Shown here: in pieces, positions 1-8,748 of the stretch
Layout: each line of letters starts with the position of its first letter
Position numbering within the stretch: position 1 is the first letter of the stretch
Assembly: GCA_019115765.1 (NCBI GenBank)
Contig: DXCZ01000101.1
Location: 9,051-73,050, forward strand
DNA: 64,000 bases
Direction: 5' to 3'
DNA from: Candidatus Mediterraneibacter stercoripullorum
GTDB taxonomy: Bacteria > Bacillota > Clostridia > Lachnospirales > Lachnospiraceae
Program-made: the position numbers and the translations under genes
Notes under the pieces: generated by a model
What the model saw: only the letters and a program-made list of their open reading frames with translations
Databases searched by the model: none
What the model was told of the DNA's origin: nothing

Positions 1-481
1 TTTTCTGCCATGTATGATGGTGTCTGTTTCGCTGATCCTGGTTTATATCAGATGTGGGATGACTCCCGCCTCTATAGGCGGTGAGTGACAAATCAGTATC
101 AGTGGCGGGTGTCAATCCCCTATCTGATATACGCTCCGCGAGGCTGCGCAGGGATTCGGAGATGTATTATGTCAGCTAAAGCTGACCCGAATCCCGCGCC
201 AAGACTCGCAAGCGAGTCTTGAATTATATATGCTGTGACTTTACCCCGGCAGAGGCCGGATATATTTCCTCCGGATCCGGGTGGAAAATTACTGTGAGGA
301 GAAGATTTCTTTCCGGGACGGCATGCCGCTGACTACGAAGAAGGATAAACATCTTCATGGCTTCGGTATGAAGAGTATCCAGAGTACAGTAAGAAAATAC
401 GGCGGATCAGTCCGGGCAGGGCTGCGGGACAACTGGTTCGAGGTCAGTATCCTGATCCCGCTGAAAGAACAGAAGAGTTGA
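1..481 (+). pseudogene. Broken GHKL sensor histidine kinase: a membrane-region fragment interrupted by element A, then an internal deletion joining to the C-terminal HATPase fragment
   Basis: 281-481 encodes VENY..TTKKDKHLHGFGMKSI..KYGG (HATPase_c_5-type G-box). Removing 49-229 restores the hydrophobic frame FLPCMMVSVSLILVYICCDFTPAEAGYI, which shifts frame near 265 into FLRIRVENY. Confidence 0.7.
43..223. mobile_element. Element A, copy 1: 181-bp hairpin-rich non-coding element
   Basis: 178/181 identical to 39890-40070; TTATAT present at 43-48 and again at 224-229. Confidence 0.8.
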
Positions 482-512
482 GATTACAGGAAGGCATGGA
501 AATTAGGAAGGA

Positions 513-1787
513 ATGGAAAACAGGATGGATGAATCGTTGAGAAATAAAATGACGGAGACGGCGGATTTTATTTTCAGGCACCCGGAAGCTTCTCTGCGGG
601 AGGGGGAATCATCCCGCGCGCTGGCAGAGATGCTTGAAGGCGAAGGCTTTACAGTAGAGTGGAATACTGCGGGATTTGAGACGGCATTTACCGCACAGTG
701 GGGCAGTGGAAAGCCTGTTATCGGATTCCTTGCGGAATATGACGCTCTCCCGGGAATGGGACAGGAGCCGGTCAGCCATCAGCAGAGTCAGAACGGCCCC
801 GGTCATGCCTGCGGTCATAATCTGCTGGGGACCGGCTGTGCAGGGGCTGCAGTTATGCTGAAGAAGAGAATGGAGGCGGAAGACCTGCCGGGGACAGTCC
901 GGGTATATGGCTGCCCGGCGGAGGAGATCGTGGTGGGCAAGATCCGGATGAATGAGGCAGGTGTATTTGACGATCTGTCGGCGGCTGTCACATGGCACCC
1001 CTTTGACCGGAACCGGGTCAGCTATGACATCTGGCAGGCACAGGATATCAAGAACTATAAGTTCTACGGAACGGCGGCCCATGCATCGAAGCATCCGGAA
1101 ATGGGGCGGAGCGCCCTGGACGCGGCGGAGCTGATGAACGTAGGCGTGAATTATCTGAGAGAACATGTGGCGGATGATGTGCGGATGCACTATACCTATA
1201 CGAACACAGACGGACCGGCCAACATTGTGCCTGCATTTGCATCTACCAATTACTTTATCCGGTCTTCGAAATGGGAGAGGACCTGTGACGCCTCGGAACG
1301 GGTGGACGCCTGCGCACGGGGAGCGGCGACCATGACAGGGACGCGGGTTGAGATCGAAAGGGTTACATGTAATAAGGAAATGAAAGTCAACCGGACGCTG
1401 GCGGAGACTTTTTATGAGGAGATGGAGAAGATTCCGGTTCCTTCCTATACAGAAGAGGAGATCCGGTTTGCCGGAGAGATATCGGAGAATGCAGGATTTG
1501 ATAATGCTGGGGTGTATTTCACAGGGCTGGAGCCTCTGGAGGATGAACCGGTGCCGCTGTCTATCGGAACGGACGTATCAGATGTGAGCCATACAGTGCC
1601 TACTGTCATGCTGAGCGCAGCCGCCATGTGCAAGGGGACGCCGCTCCATCACTGGGCCGCAGCCGCACAGGCGGGGATGAGCATCGGACAGAAGGGAATG
1701 ATGTACGCGGCAGAGTGTATGGCTGCCGGTGCGTACCGGCTGGTGAAGGAGCCGGAGATCCTGGAGAGAGCATGGAAGGAAATGTGA
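513..1787 (+). CDS. M20 family amidohydrolase (AbgB-like)
   Basis: EYDALPG, GHACGHN, GCPAEE and GRSALDA motifs; 424 aa. Confidence 0.9.
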   Translation: MENRMDESLRNKMTETADFIFRHPEASLREGESSRALAEMLEGEGFTVEWNTAGFETAFTAQWGSGKPVIGFLAEYDALPGMGQEPVSHQQSQNGPGHACGHNLLGTGCAGAAVMLKKRMEAEDLPGTVRVYGCPAEEIVVGKIRMNEAGVFDDLSAAVTWHPFDRNRVSYDIWQAQDIKNYKFYGTAAHASKHPEMGRSALDAAELMNVGVNYLREHVADDVRMHYTYTNTDGPANIVPAFASTNYFIRSSKWERTCDASERVDACARGAATMTGTRVEIERVTCNKEMKVNRTLAETFYEEMEKIPVPSYTEEEIRFAGEISENAGFDNAGVYFTGLEPLEDEPVPLSIGTDVSDVSHTVPTVMLSAAAMCKGTPLHHWAAAAQAGMSIGQKGMMYAAECMAAGAYRLVKEPEILERAWKEM

Positions 1788-1834
1788 ATTTACCGGAGAT
1801 TTGCGGGACGGTGTGAATAGGACCGTTCCGGGAA

Positions 1835-2470
1835 ATGGAGAGTGATACAGTGAAGAGAAAGATCATACTTGCCTCCGCTTCGCCGCGACGGCGGGAGCTG
1901 CTTGCTCAGATTGACGTGGAGTTCGAAGTGCGGGTCAGCGATAAGGAAGAAATATATCACAGCTGCAAGCCGGAGGAAATTGTAAAAGAGCTGGCACTGA
2001 TGAAAGCGGAAAATGTGGCGGCAGACCTGGCGGAGGAGACGAGAGCTGCCGGGGAGGGAAACGGTGAGCTGAGAAATGTTGTCGTTATCGGTGCCGATAC
2101 CGTGGTAGTGCTGGACGGACAGATCCTGGGAAAACCAAAGGATGAGGAAGACGCTGCAGATATGTTGAGCAGGCTTCAGGGCAGAGCACATGAAGTCTAT
2201 ACAGGCACTGCCATACTGGACTACGATGAAGAGGGCCGGCGGAGTGTTGTGAATCAGGCGGTGCGTACAGAAGTACACGTACATGCTATGGAGGAGGCGG
2301 AGATCCGCCGGTATATCGCCACAGGGGAACCTATGGATAAGGCCGGAGCCTATGGAATCCAGGGAAGGTTCGCCGCGTTTATCGACCAGATCGAGGGGAA
2401 CTATTATAATGTAGTCGGACTGCCGGTTTCCAGCATGTATCAGGAGCTTAAGAAAGCGGGCGCGTTGTAA
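1835..2470 (+). CDS. maf: Maf/YhdE nucleoside triphosphate pyrophosphatase
   Basis: IILASASPRRRELL, GADTVV, DKAGAYGIQG and NVVGLP motifs. Confidence 0.93.
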   Translation: MESDTVKRKIILASASPRRRELLAQIDVEFEVRVSDKEEIYHSCKPEEIVKELALMKAENVAADLAEETRAAGEGNGELRNVVVIGADTVVVLDGQILGKPKDEEDAADMLSRLQGRAHEVYTGTAILDYDEEGRRSVVNQAVRTEVHVHAMEEAEIRRYIATGEPMDKAGAYGIQGRFAAFIDQIEGNYYNVVGLPVSSMYQELKKAGAL

Positions 2471-2511
2471 AAAGCTCGATTTGGGACACAGTGAAATCAC
2501 TTACAGGTTGT

Positions 2512-2540
2512 TTGCAATCAGGTTAAGGCGATGCTATAAT
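2512..2540 (+). promoter_or_regulatory. SigA-type promoter of the Rpn-like gene
   Basis: TTGCAA-17 nt-TATAAT with extended -10 TG. Confidence 0.65.
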
Positions 2541-2586
2541 GTAGTTGAAAAAGGAACTTAGTCCCTTGAGAGCTGGAGGAGGTAAC

Positions 2587-3534
2587 ATGGCGAAAAACGA
2601 AACAGGTACGCCTTATGATGATGTGTTCCGCACGCTCCTTAATGATTGCACGGATCTGATTATCCCTGTAATTAATGATACTTTTGGAAAAAACTATGTG
2701 ATGGGTAAGGACAAGCCAATCTTGGAAGAGAACGAGATGTTCTTGACCGGAAAGTCCGGAGACCAGGAAAGAACCATCACAGATTCGCATATTATGATCA
2801 GAGGCGAACATTTCCACATTGAATGCCAGAGTGTCCCGGATGGAAGCATGGTGGTCCGGATGTTCGAGTATGACATACAGATTGGGATGCTGCATGCAGA
2901 AGTAGATCAGGAGACATATACGGTTGAGTTCCCTAATTCAGCTGTCCTATACCTGAGAAGTGTCTCCAAGACGCCTGACAGGCTGAGGATTACGCTTAAA
3001 GTGCCGGGCAGTTCTTGTGCGTATGATGTACCGATCATAAAAGCAAAACAGTATTCAATTGACGAAATTTTCCGGAAAGAGTTGTATTTTCTGATCCCAT
3101 TCCACATCTTCTGCTATGAAGCGTCCTTCAAGCAATGCGAAGAGGATAGTACAAAACTGGCACAACTTGCAGGAATTTTTACCGACATTCGAAAGAGACT
3201 GGAAGTTTTGACCGAAAAAGGCGTGATAGATGAATACTATCAGAAGACTATACTAACAATGTCAGAGAAAGTAATCAATAATATTGCAGCGAAGTATCAG
3301 AAGACTGCAGAAAGGATTGGTGATATCATGGGTGGTAAGATTTTAGAGTATGAGGCGAAGACAATTTTAAATCAGGGACGTAAAGAAGGACGTGAAGAAG
3401 GGCGTACAGAAAAAGGAATTGTTGTTTTTTGTAATATGATTGCCCGTGGTTTTTCTCCAAAAGAGGCGCAGGCGATAGCCGAGCTTACTGATGAAGAAGT
3501 GGCAATTGCGGAAGCACAGATCAATCAGAAGTAG
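2587..3534 (+). CDS. Rpn/YhgA-like PD-(D/E)XK nuclease (recombination-promoting nuclease / putative transposase family)
   Basis: YDDVFR, ITDS..HIECQS, MVVRMFEYD and a C-terminal GRKEGREEG repeat; GGAGG RBS before ATG 2587. Confidence 0.8.
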   Translation: MAKNETGTPYDDVFRTLLNDCTDLIIPVINDTFGKNYVMGKDKPILEENEMFLTGKSGDQERTITDSHIMIRGEHFHIECQSVPDGSMVVRMFEYDIQIGMLHAEVDQETYTVEFPNSAVLYLRSVSKTPDRLRITLKVPGSSCAYDVPIIKAKQYSIDEIFRKELYFLIPFHIFCYEASFKQCEEDSTKLAQLAGIFTDIRKRLEVLTEKGVIDEYYQKTILTMSEKVINNIAAKYQKTAERIGDIMGGKILEYEAKTILNQGRKEGREEGRTEKGIVVFCNMIARGFSPKEAQAIAELTDEEVAIAEAQINQK

Positions 3535-3590
3535 AGATGCTGATAATACCGTCCTTATGTCTCAAGACACAGAGGGCGGTTTAAGTGTGT

Positions 3591-3625
3591 AAAAAGGGGC
3601 TGTACCAATAGACAGCTTCTTTTTT
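3591..3625. terminator. Bidirectional intrinsic terminator between convergent genes
   Basis: aaaaaggggctgt-loop-acagcttctttttt. Confidence 0.6.
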
Positions 3626-3644
3626 ATGCCTTCAAACATGGAAA

Positions 3645-4217
3645 TTACACCGCATCCCATAGCGTCTGCCCGTTATCCTTCAGCCATTTCCGGGCCTTCC
3701 GGTAGTCCGGCAGCACTGACTCTACCACCGTGTAGAATGCGGGGGAGTGGTTCATCTCTTTCCGATGGGCCAGCTCATGGACGACCACATAGTCCAGGAC
3801 CTCTTCCGGGGCAAAGATGAGGCGCCAGTTGAAGTTCAGATTGCCCTTGCTGCTGCAGCTTCCCCACCGGGTCTTCTGTTCACGGATGGTGATGCGGCCG
3901 TAGGTGACGCCTATGAGCCGGGCGTAATATGCCGCTTTGCGGGAGAAGATATCTCTGGCAGTGCGTATATAGCGGTTCCGGGCCGCCTCTGACAGGGGCG
4001 GGCGTCCGGCGCGTGCTTCTTCGGACCTTTTCTTCTGTTCCTGCGCCTGCTCCAGGTGCTTTTGGATCCAGTCTTCGTGACCCGTAACAAATGTATCGAT
4101 AAAGGAGCGGGAACATCTGCGGGGAGCTCTTACCCGGACTTTCCCTTCCCGTGTGACCTGAATGGCTACTGTTTTCCGGTTACTGTATATGACTTCATAT
4201 TCGACAGGGTGTCTCAT
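3645..4217 (-). CDS. YgjP/DUF45 (SprT-like/M48) zinc metallopeptidase
   Basis: RWGSCS, LNFNWRL and YVVVHELAH..NHS motifs. Confidence 0.9.
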   Translation of the reverse strand: MRHPVEYEVIYSNRKTVAIQVTREGKVRVRAPRRCSRSFIDTFVTGHEDWIQKHLEQAQEQKKRSEEARAGRPPLSEAARNRYIRTARDIFSRKAAYYARLIGVTYGRITIREQKTRWGSCSSKGNLNFNWRLIFAPEEVLDYVVVHELAHRKEMNHSPAFYTVVESVLPDYRKARKWLKDNGQTLWDAV

Positions 4218-4461
4218 GATATGCTGCCTCCTGCAATGCCTGTTCTGATATCTTCATCTGTTCAAAATCTGCTTTCATCTGACTCTGACAGTGTAGCAGA
4301 AAAGGGCCGGGGCTGGCAAGATGAAAAAGGAAGGTGGACATTTACGGACAGACAGTGTTACAATAGGAACATCATGCTTTTGAAGATCTGAAAAGGATCC
4401 AGAAAGCCAATTGGTTATTTTGCGAACGGTGTACCGGGATTCAACAGGAAGGAGAAAATAC

Positions 4462-5511
4462 ATGCCAGGAAATACCGAATCTGAAAAAGAAACTCTGCAT
4501 AACGCTGAACACGGAAACATCAGCGGGCAGCAGGATAAACAGACACATGGTGAACAGATGCGGGACGAACAGACGCAGGAGGACCGGAAGAATGGCTATT
4601 TCCGTAATCTGGGAGCAGCGCTTCACATGGAGCTGCGGGAACATAAAAGCTCCTTTATCGTATATTTCACTCTTCGGCTTCTGGTGATCGTGATGATGAT
4701 CCTGCAGCTCCTGAACCGGAATTATGAAAATGTATTTCTGTGCATACTCACCCTGGTGCTGCTGGTCATGCCCAGTATTGTGCAGATCACGTTCAAGGTG
4801 GAGCTGCCGACGACTCTGGAGATCATTATATTAGTCTTCATATTTGCAGCAGAGATCCTGGGGGAGATCAGTGAGTTTTATCTGGTGTTTCCCTTCTGGG
4901 ATACAGTGCTGCATACGCTTAACGGATTCCTGGCGGCGGCGATCGGACTGTCTCTGGTGGACCTGCTGAACAGGAGCGAGCGCACTGTGTTCAACCTGTC
5001 GCCGCTGTTTACCGCTATCGTGGCGTTCTGCTTCTCCATGACGATAGGGGTGATATGGGAGTTTTTCGAGTTCGGGATGGATCAGCTCATAGGCTATGAT
5101 ATGCAGAAGGATACGGTGATCCATGCTATCCGGTCGGTTACTCTGGATCCGGAAGGACATAATGTTCCCTATGCTATAACTGGTATCACGGAAACTGTCG
5201 TCAACGGTCAGGAGCTGGGAGTGGGAGGCTATCTGGATATCGGTCTGATGGACACCATGGAGGATATGATCGTAAACTTTATCGGAGCAGCGATATTTTC
5301 TATAATCGGGTTCTTCTATGTGCGGAGCAGGGGAAAATCTCCGGTGGCGGGCAGGTTCATCCCCAGGCGCAAGGATGCCGACCGGGATTTCCTACGTATT
5401 GCGAAGGAGCATCCGATAGATCTCAGTCCAAAGCGCCGCAAGAAAAAACGCTCCGGCCACAGTGGCGGCGATATAGATCAGGATACCGGGGGCATTTCCG
5501 GTGACCAGTGA
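4462..5511 (+). CDS. Multi-pass membrane protein of unknown function
   Basis: Several TM segments; WDTVLH, WEFFEF and DTMEDM motifs; AGGAG RBS before ATG 4462. Confidence 0.75.
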   Translation: MPGNTESEKETLHNAEHGNISGQQDKQTHGEQMRDEQTQEDRKNGYFRNLGAALHMELREHKSSFIVYFTLRLLVIVMMILQLLNRNYENVFLCILTLVLLVMPSIVQITFKVELPTTLEIIILVFIFAAEILGEISEFYLVFPFWDTVLHTLNGFLAAAIGLSLVDLLNRSERTVFNLSPLFTAIVAFCFSMTIGVIWEFFEFGMDQLIGYDMQKDTVIHAIRSVTLDPEGHNVPYAITGITETVVNGQELGVGGYLDIGLMDTMEDMIVNFIGAAIFSIIGFFYVRSRGKSPVAGRFIPRRKDADRDFLRIAKEHPIDLSPKRRKKKRSGHSGGDIDQDTGGISGDQ

Positions 5512-6102
5512 GATGTCCCGGAAAATGACCTGCTGCATCTGATAATCCGGGTTGATGTAGAACATATTGATGGTGCCCAGATGATCCAGCGACAGGTTGA
5601 GGATCTCTGCAATCAGGCAGCAGGCCAGATAGAGGCAGGTGCTTCCGGCGAAGGGGCGGAGCGTGTGTGTCAACACCTTTGGCGGCTCTTCCGGCCGGAC
5701 AAAACCGCGGAAGAATATCCATCCTGCCAGAATGCCGATGCAGATCAGCAGGATATGCCACGTGTAAGAGTGGAGTGTAAGCGGGAAGTACGGATAATGC
5801 AGGCCGCTTGTATCGGCAAAGACTGCAACGCCTCCCAGGAGAGAATAGCACATGAGAAACATGAGGAGTGTCTGCCGGACGCTCCTTTTCCGTATCCAGG
5901 GATATGACAGAAGGACATACATGGGAATGCTGCACAGCTGAAATGGGAAATACCACCAGTTGTACTGACCGCCGCCGATGTAAAATGTCAGGGTGAGCTG
6001 TTTCCATATTTCGCTGGCAAGCATAAGCGCACCCAGGAGAAAGAAAAGGCATTCATGTGGGTGGAAAAAATATTTATCTCTTAAGAAACGAAATGATTTC
6101 AT
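5392..6102 (-). CDS. YwaF/TMEM164-like integral membrane protein
   Basis: FPFQLCS motif, HSYTWH, NMFYI; hydrophobic; AGGAG RBS. Confidence 0.75.
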   Translation of the reverse strand: MKSFRFLRDKYFFHPHECLFFLLGALMLASEIWKQLTLTFYIGGGQYNWWYFPFQLCSIPMYVLLSYPWIRKRSVRQTLLMFLMCYSLLGGVAVFADTSGLHYPYFPLTLHSYTWHILLICIGILAGWIFFRGFVRPEEPPKVLTHTLRPFAGSTCLYLACCLIAEILNLSLDHLGTINMFYINPDYQMQQVIFRDISLVTGNAPGILIYIAATVAGAFFLAALWTEIYRMLLRNT

Positions 6103-6469
6103 ATCAAAACTCCTTTGACAGCCTGATTTCTATCTCAGATGATCTATTGTAGTATCTTATCACGACCTGTCTTGATTATAAAACTAATTATGGATATGGT
6201 CACATAATTTCTGAAAAAATCTTTTTGTATAGCCAATAATCATATATGATTGTGAAAAAAAACACAGACATATATGCAAAACGTATAAATATTTTTGAAA
6301 AATCAGCTGGATTTTATACGAAATAGTTTAGGGGATAAAATAAACAATATCCGTGATAAAAAAGATAGATGAAAAATGAATAAAAATAGAAAAAAAGCAA
6401 AATGGAAAGAGGGCAAAATGAAGTAAAAAAAGCCCTGAAAACCAGAAGAATACGTGGAGAACAGAAATA

Positions 6470-6498
6470 TTGACAAACAAAAAAAATGGGCGTAATAT
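6470..6498 (+). promoter_or_regulatory. SigA-type promoter of the atp operon
   Basis: TTGACA-17 nt-TAATAT in an AT-rich intergenic region. Confidence 0.65.
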
Positions 6499-6681
6499 TT
6501 AGTCAACTTTTCGGGAAACATCATATCTCCCATAAAGGGGTAAACAGTACAGGGGGTTCAACGGGGAACAACTCTTTTTTTTATGCCTAAATTGCTGTTG
6601 GCAGGCTCCTGAAGCTGGTTTACAAAAGAAAAGACAAGGAGAAAAGGAGGGAGCAATACGGGAAATCTTACAGAGACATTA

Positions 6682-7341
6682 ATGGAAGAACTGAACTGTG
6701 AAACAGTCTTTTCACTTCCGGTCATCGGCGGGATCTCGGAATCTGTGGTAGTGACATGGATCATCATGGCAGTGCTTGTACTGCTGTCCATTATCCTGGT
6801 GCGGAACCTGAGAGTCGAAAACCCCGGCAAAGTGCAGCTGGCTCTGGAAGCTGCCATCGGCTGGGCGCAGGATTTCTTCGAGGGGATCATCGGAAAAGAA
6901 AACAGAAGATATATTCCTTATCTTATTACTGTTCTTCTGTTCCTTGGAGCATCAAATACGATCGCACCATTGTGTGGTTTCAAGCCGCCGACAAAAGATC
7001 TGAATGTGACAGCAGCCCTTGCACTTATGAGTATGTGCCTGATCGAGTATTCCGGAATACGGAAGAACGGTCTGAAGCACTGGGCAAAGCATTTCGCTCA
7101 GCCGGTGCCTGTGGTCGCGCCGATCATGATACTGGAAATCGTGATTCGTCCGCTGTCGCTGTGCATGCGACTTTTTGGAAACATGCTCGCCGGATTTGTG
7201 GTCATGGAACTTATTAAGACGGTCATACCGATCCTTGTACCTATTCCGGTCAGTTTTTACTTTGACATCTTCGACGGACTGCTTCAGGCATATGTATTTG
7301 TATTCCTGACGGCTCTGTTCATGAATGAGGAGATGGAGTAA
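6682..7341 (+). CDS. atpB: FoF1 ATP synthase subunit a (start may be ACG 6658)
   Basis: PPTKDLN, RPLSLCMRLFGNM and LQAYVF motifs. Confidence 0.95.
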   Translation: MEELNCETVFSLPVIGGISESVVVTWIIMAVLVLLSIILVRNLRVENPGKVQLALEAAIGWAQDFFEGIIGKENRRYIPYLITVLLFLGASNTIAPLCGFKPPTKDLNVTAALALMSMCLIEYSGIRKNGLKHWAKHFAQPVPVVAPIMILEIVIRPLSLCMRLFGNMLAGFVVMELIKTVIPILVPIPVSFYFDIFDGLLQAYVFVFLTALFMNEEME

Positions 7342-7458
7342 CCTGTCCATGCTGCGCAGATAGGGCGTGGCAGATTTCCGGAAGGCATTTCCGGGTAATT
7401 TCAGAAAACAACATTATCTAATAGAAAGTAATTAATTAAGAAAAGGAGATCAAAGATC

Positions 7459-7683
7459 ATGGGAACACTTATTGCAATCGGAGCAGGAATCGCAGTATTT
7501 ACAGGTATCGGAGCAGGAATCGGTATCGGAGTCGCAACAGCTAAGGCAACAGAAGCAATCGCAAGACAGCCTGAGGCTGAGGGGAAGATCAGCAAGACAC
7601 TGATTCTTGGATGTGCGCTGGCAGAGGCAACTGCTATTTACGGATTCATCATCGGCCTTCTTATCATCTTCTTCTTACAGTAA
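7459..7683 (+). CDS. atpE: FoF1 ATP synthase subunit c
   Basis: GxGxGxG, ARQPE and LAEATAIY motifs. Confidence 0.97.
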   Translation: MGTLIAIGAGIAVFTGIGAGIGIGVATAKATEAIARQPEAEGKISKTLILGCALAEATAIYGFIIGLLIIFFLQ

Positions 7684-7716
7684 TGCATATGAGAACAGAA
7701 ATGACAGGAAAGGCGG

Positions 7717-8226
7717 GTGGTAGACGTGCTGCAGCTTAATTTGAATCTTGTCTGGGAGATGATAAACCTTATCGTTCTCTTCCTTCTGCTGAGGCATTTC
7801 CTGATCCGTCCTGTTACGGAGATCATGGAAAAGAGGAAGAAGCTCATCGCCGACGGCCTTCAGAATGCGCAGGACGCCCAGAACGATGCAATGAAAATGA
7901 AACAGGAATATGAGGAAGCGCTGAAAGGGGCAAAACAGGAGTCCGTCAGGATCCTGGAAAATGCCCGGACAGAAGCGAAATCCGAATATGACCGGATCGT
8001 GGGCGAGGCAGGAGAACGTGCCGGAAGCATCATTGAGTCCGCGAAAGAGACTGTACGCATGGAGCGCGAGCAGACCATGAATGAGCTCAGAACAGAGATT
8101 GCAGGTCTGGCGGTTGCTTCAGCAGGAAAGATCCTCGGGCGCCAGGCAGGCAGCGGGGACGACCAGAACTTATATGATCAGTTCCTTGAAGAAGTAGGTG
8201 AAGCGCATGAAGACACAGAAAAGTAA
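7717..8226 (+). CDS. atpF: FoF1 ATP synthase subunit b
   Basis: N-terminal TM helix plus coiled coil; operon position; start may be GTG 7726. Confidence 0.93.
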   Translation: MVDVLQLNLNLVWEMINLIVLFLLLRHFLIRPVTEIMEKRKKLIADGLQNAQDAQNDAMKMKQEYEEALKGAKQESVRILENARTEAKSEYDRIVGEAGERAGSIIESAKETVRMEREQTMNELRTEIAGLAVASAGKILGRQAGSGDDQNLYDQFLEEVGEAHEDTEK

Positions 8227-8743
8227 CCGTCAGATGTACTGCCCTGCGGCGGCGCTGAGATATGCACGTGTCCTCTTCGAGCTGCAAGTGTCGGAAGAAG
8301 CTGTGGAGACGGCGAAAGCTATGTTTGAGGAAGTGCCTCAGCTGCACGATATATTTGTCAATCCGACACTTCCGCTGAAAAAGAAACTGGATGTGATAGA
8401 CAGAGTATTCCCTCAGGAAATCAGGAATTTCCTGAAGGTTGTATGCAAATATCAGAGAATGGATCTTATCAAGGATATATTTGACGCATATGAAAGATAC
8501 TGCGCAGAACAGAAAAAAGTCCTGAATGCCGTGTTGACATGCACGATGCCCCCCACTGAGGAACAGAAACAGGGGATGGAAGCATTCCTCTGCAAAAAAT
8601 ACGGCGCTTCTGAAGCGCATATTGAAGTCTGCAGGGACGAGGATCTGCTGGGAGGATTTGTCCTCCGGGTGGGAAGCGACGAGTACGATTGGAGTATGAG
8701 AGGCCGTCTTGACAGACTGAAAGAAAAATTAACCTGGAGGTGA
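8207..8743 (+). CDS. atpH: F1 subunit delta
   Basis: RYARVLFE and [14 protein letters not shown] motifs; operon position. Confidence 0.92.
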   Translation: MKTQKSNRQMYCPAAALRYARVLFELQVSEEAVETAKAMFEEVPQLHDIFVNPTLPLKKKLDVIDRVFPQEIRNFLKVVCKYQRMDLIKDIFDAYERYCAEQKKVLNAVLTCTMPPTEEQKQGMEAFLCKKYGASEAHIEVCRDEDLLGGFVLRVGSDEYDWSMRGRLDRLKEKLTWR

Positions 8744-8748
8744 ACAAG

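Noticed and set aside
43-223. Element A as a tRNA, group II intron remnant or known ribozyme
   Set aside because: By eye there is no cloverleaf or TTC arm, no domain V/VI signature and no hammerhead core; a covariance-model search is still needed.
2481-2498. ttgggacacagtgaaatc as a family D repeat upstream of the Rpn gene
   Set aside because: Only a partial one-armed match with mismatches; could be chance.
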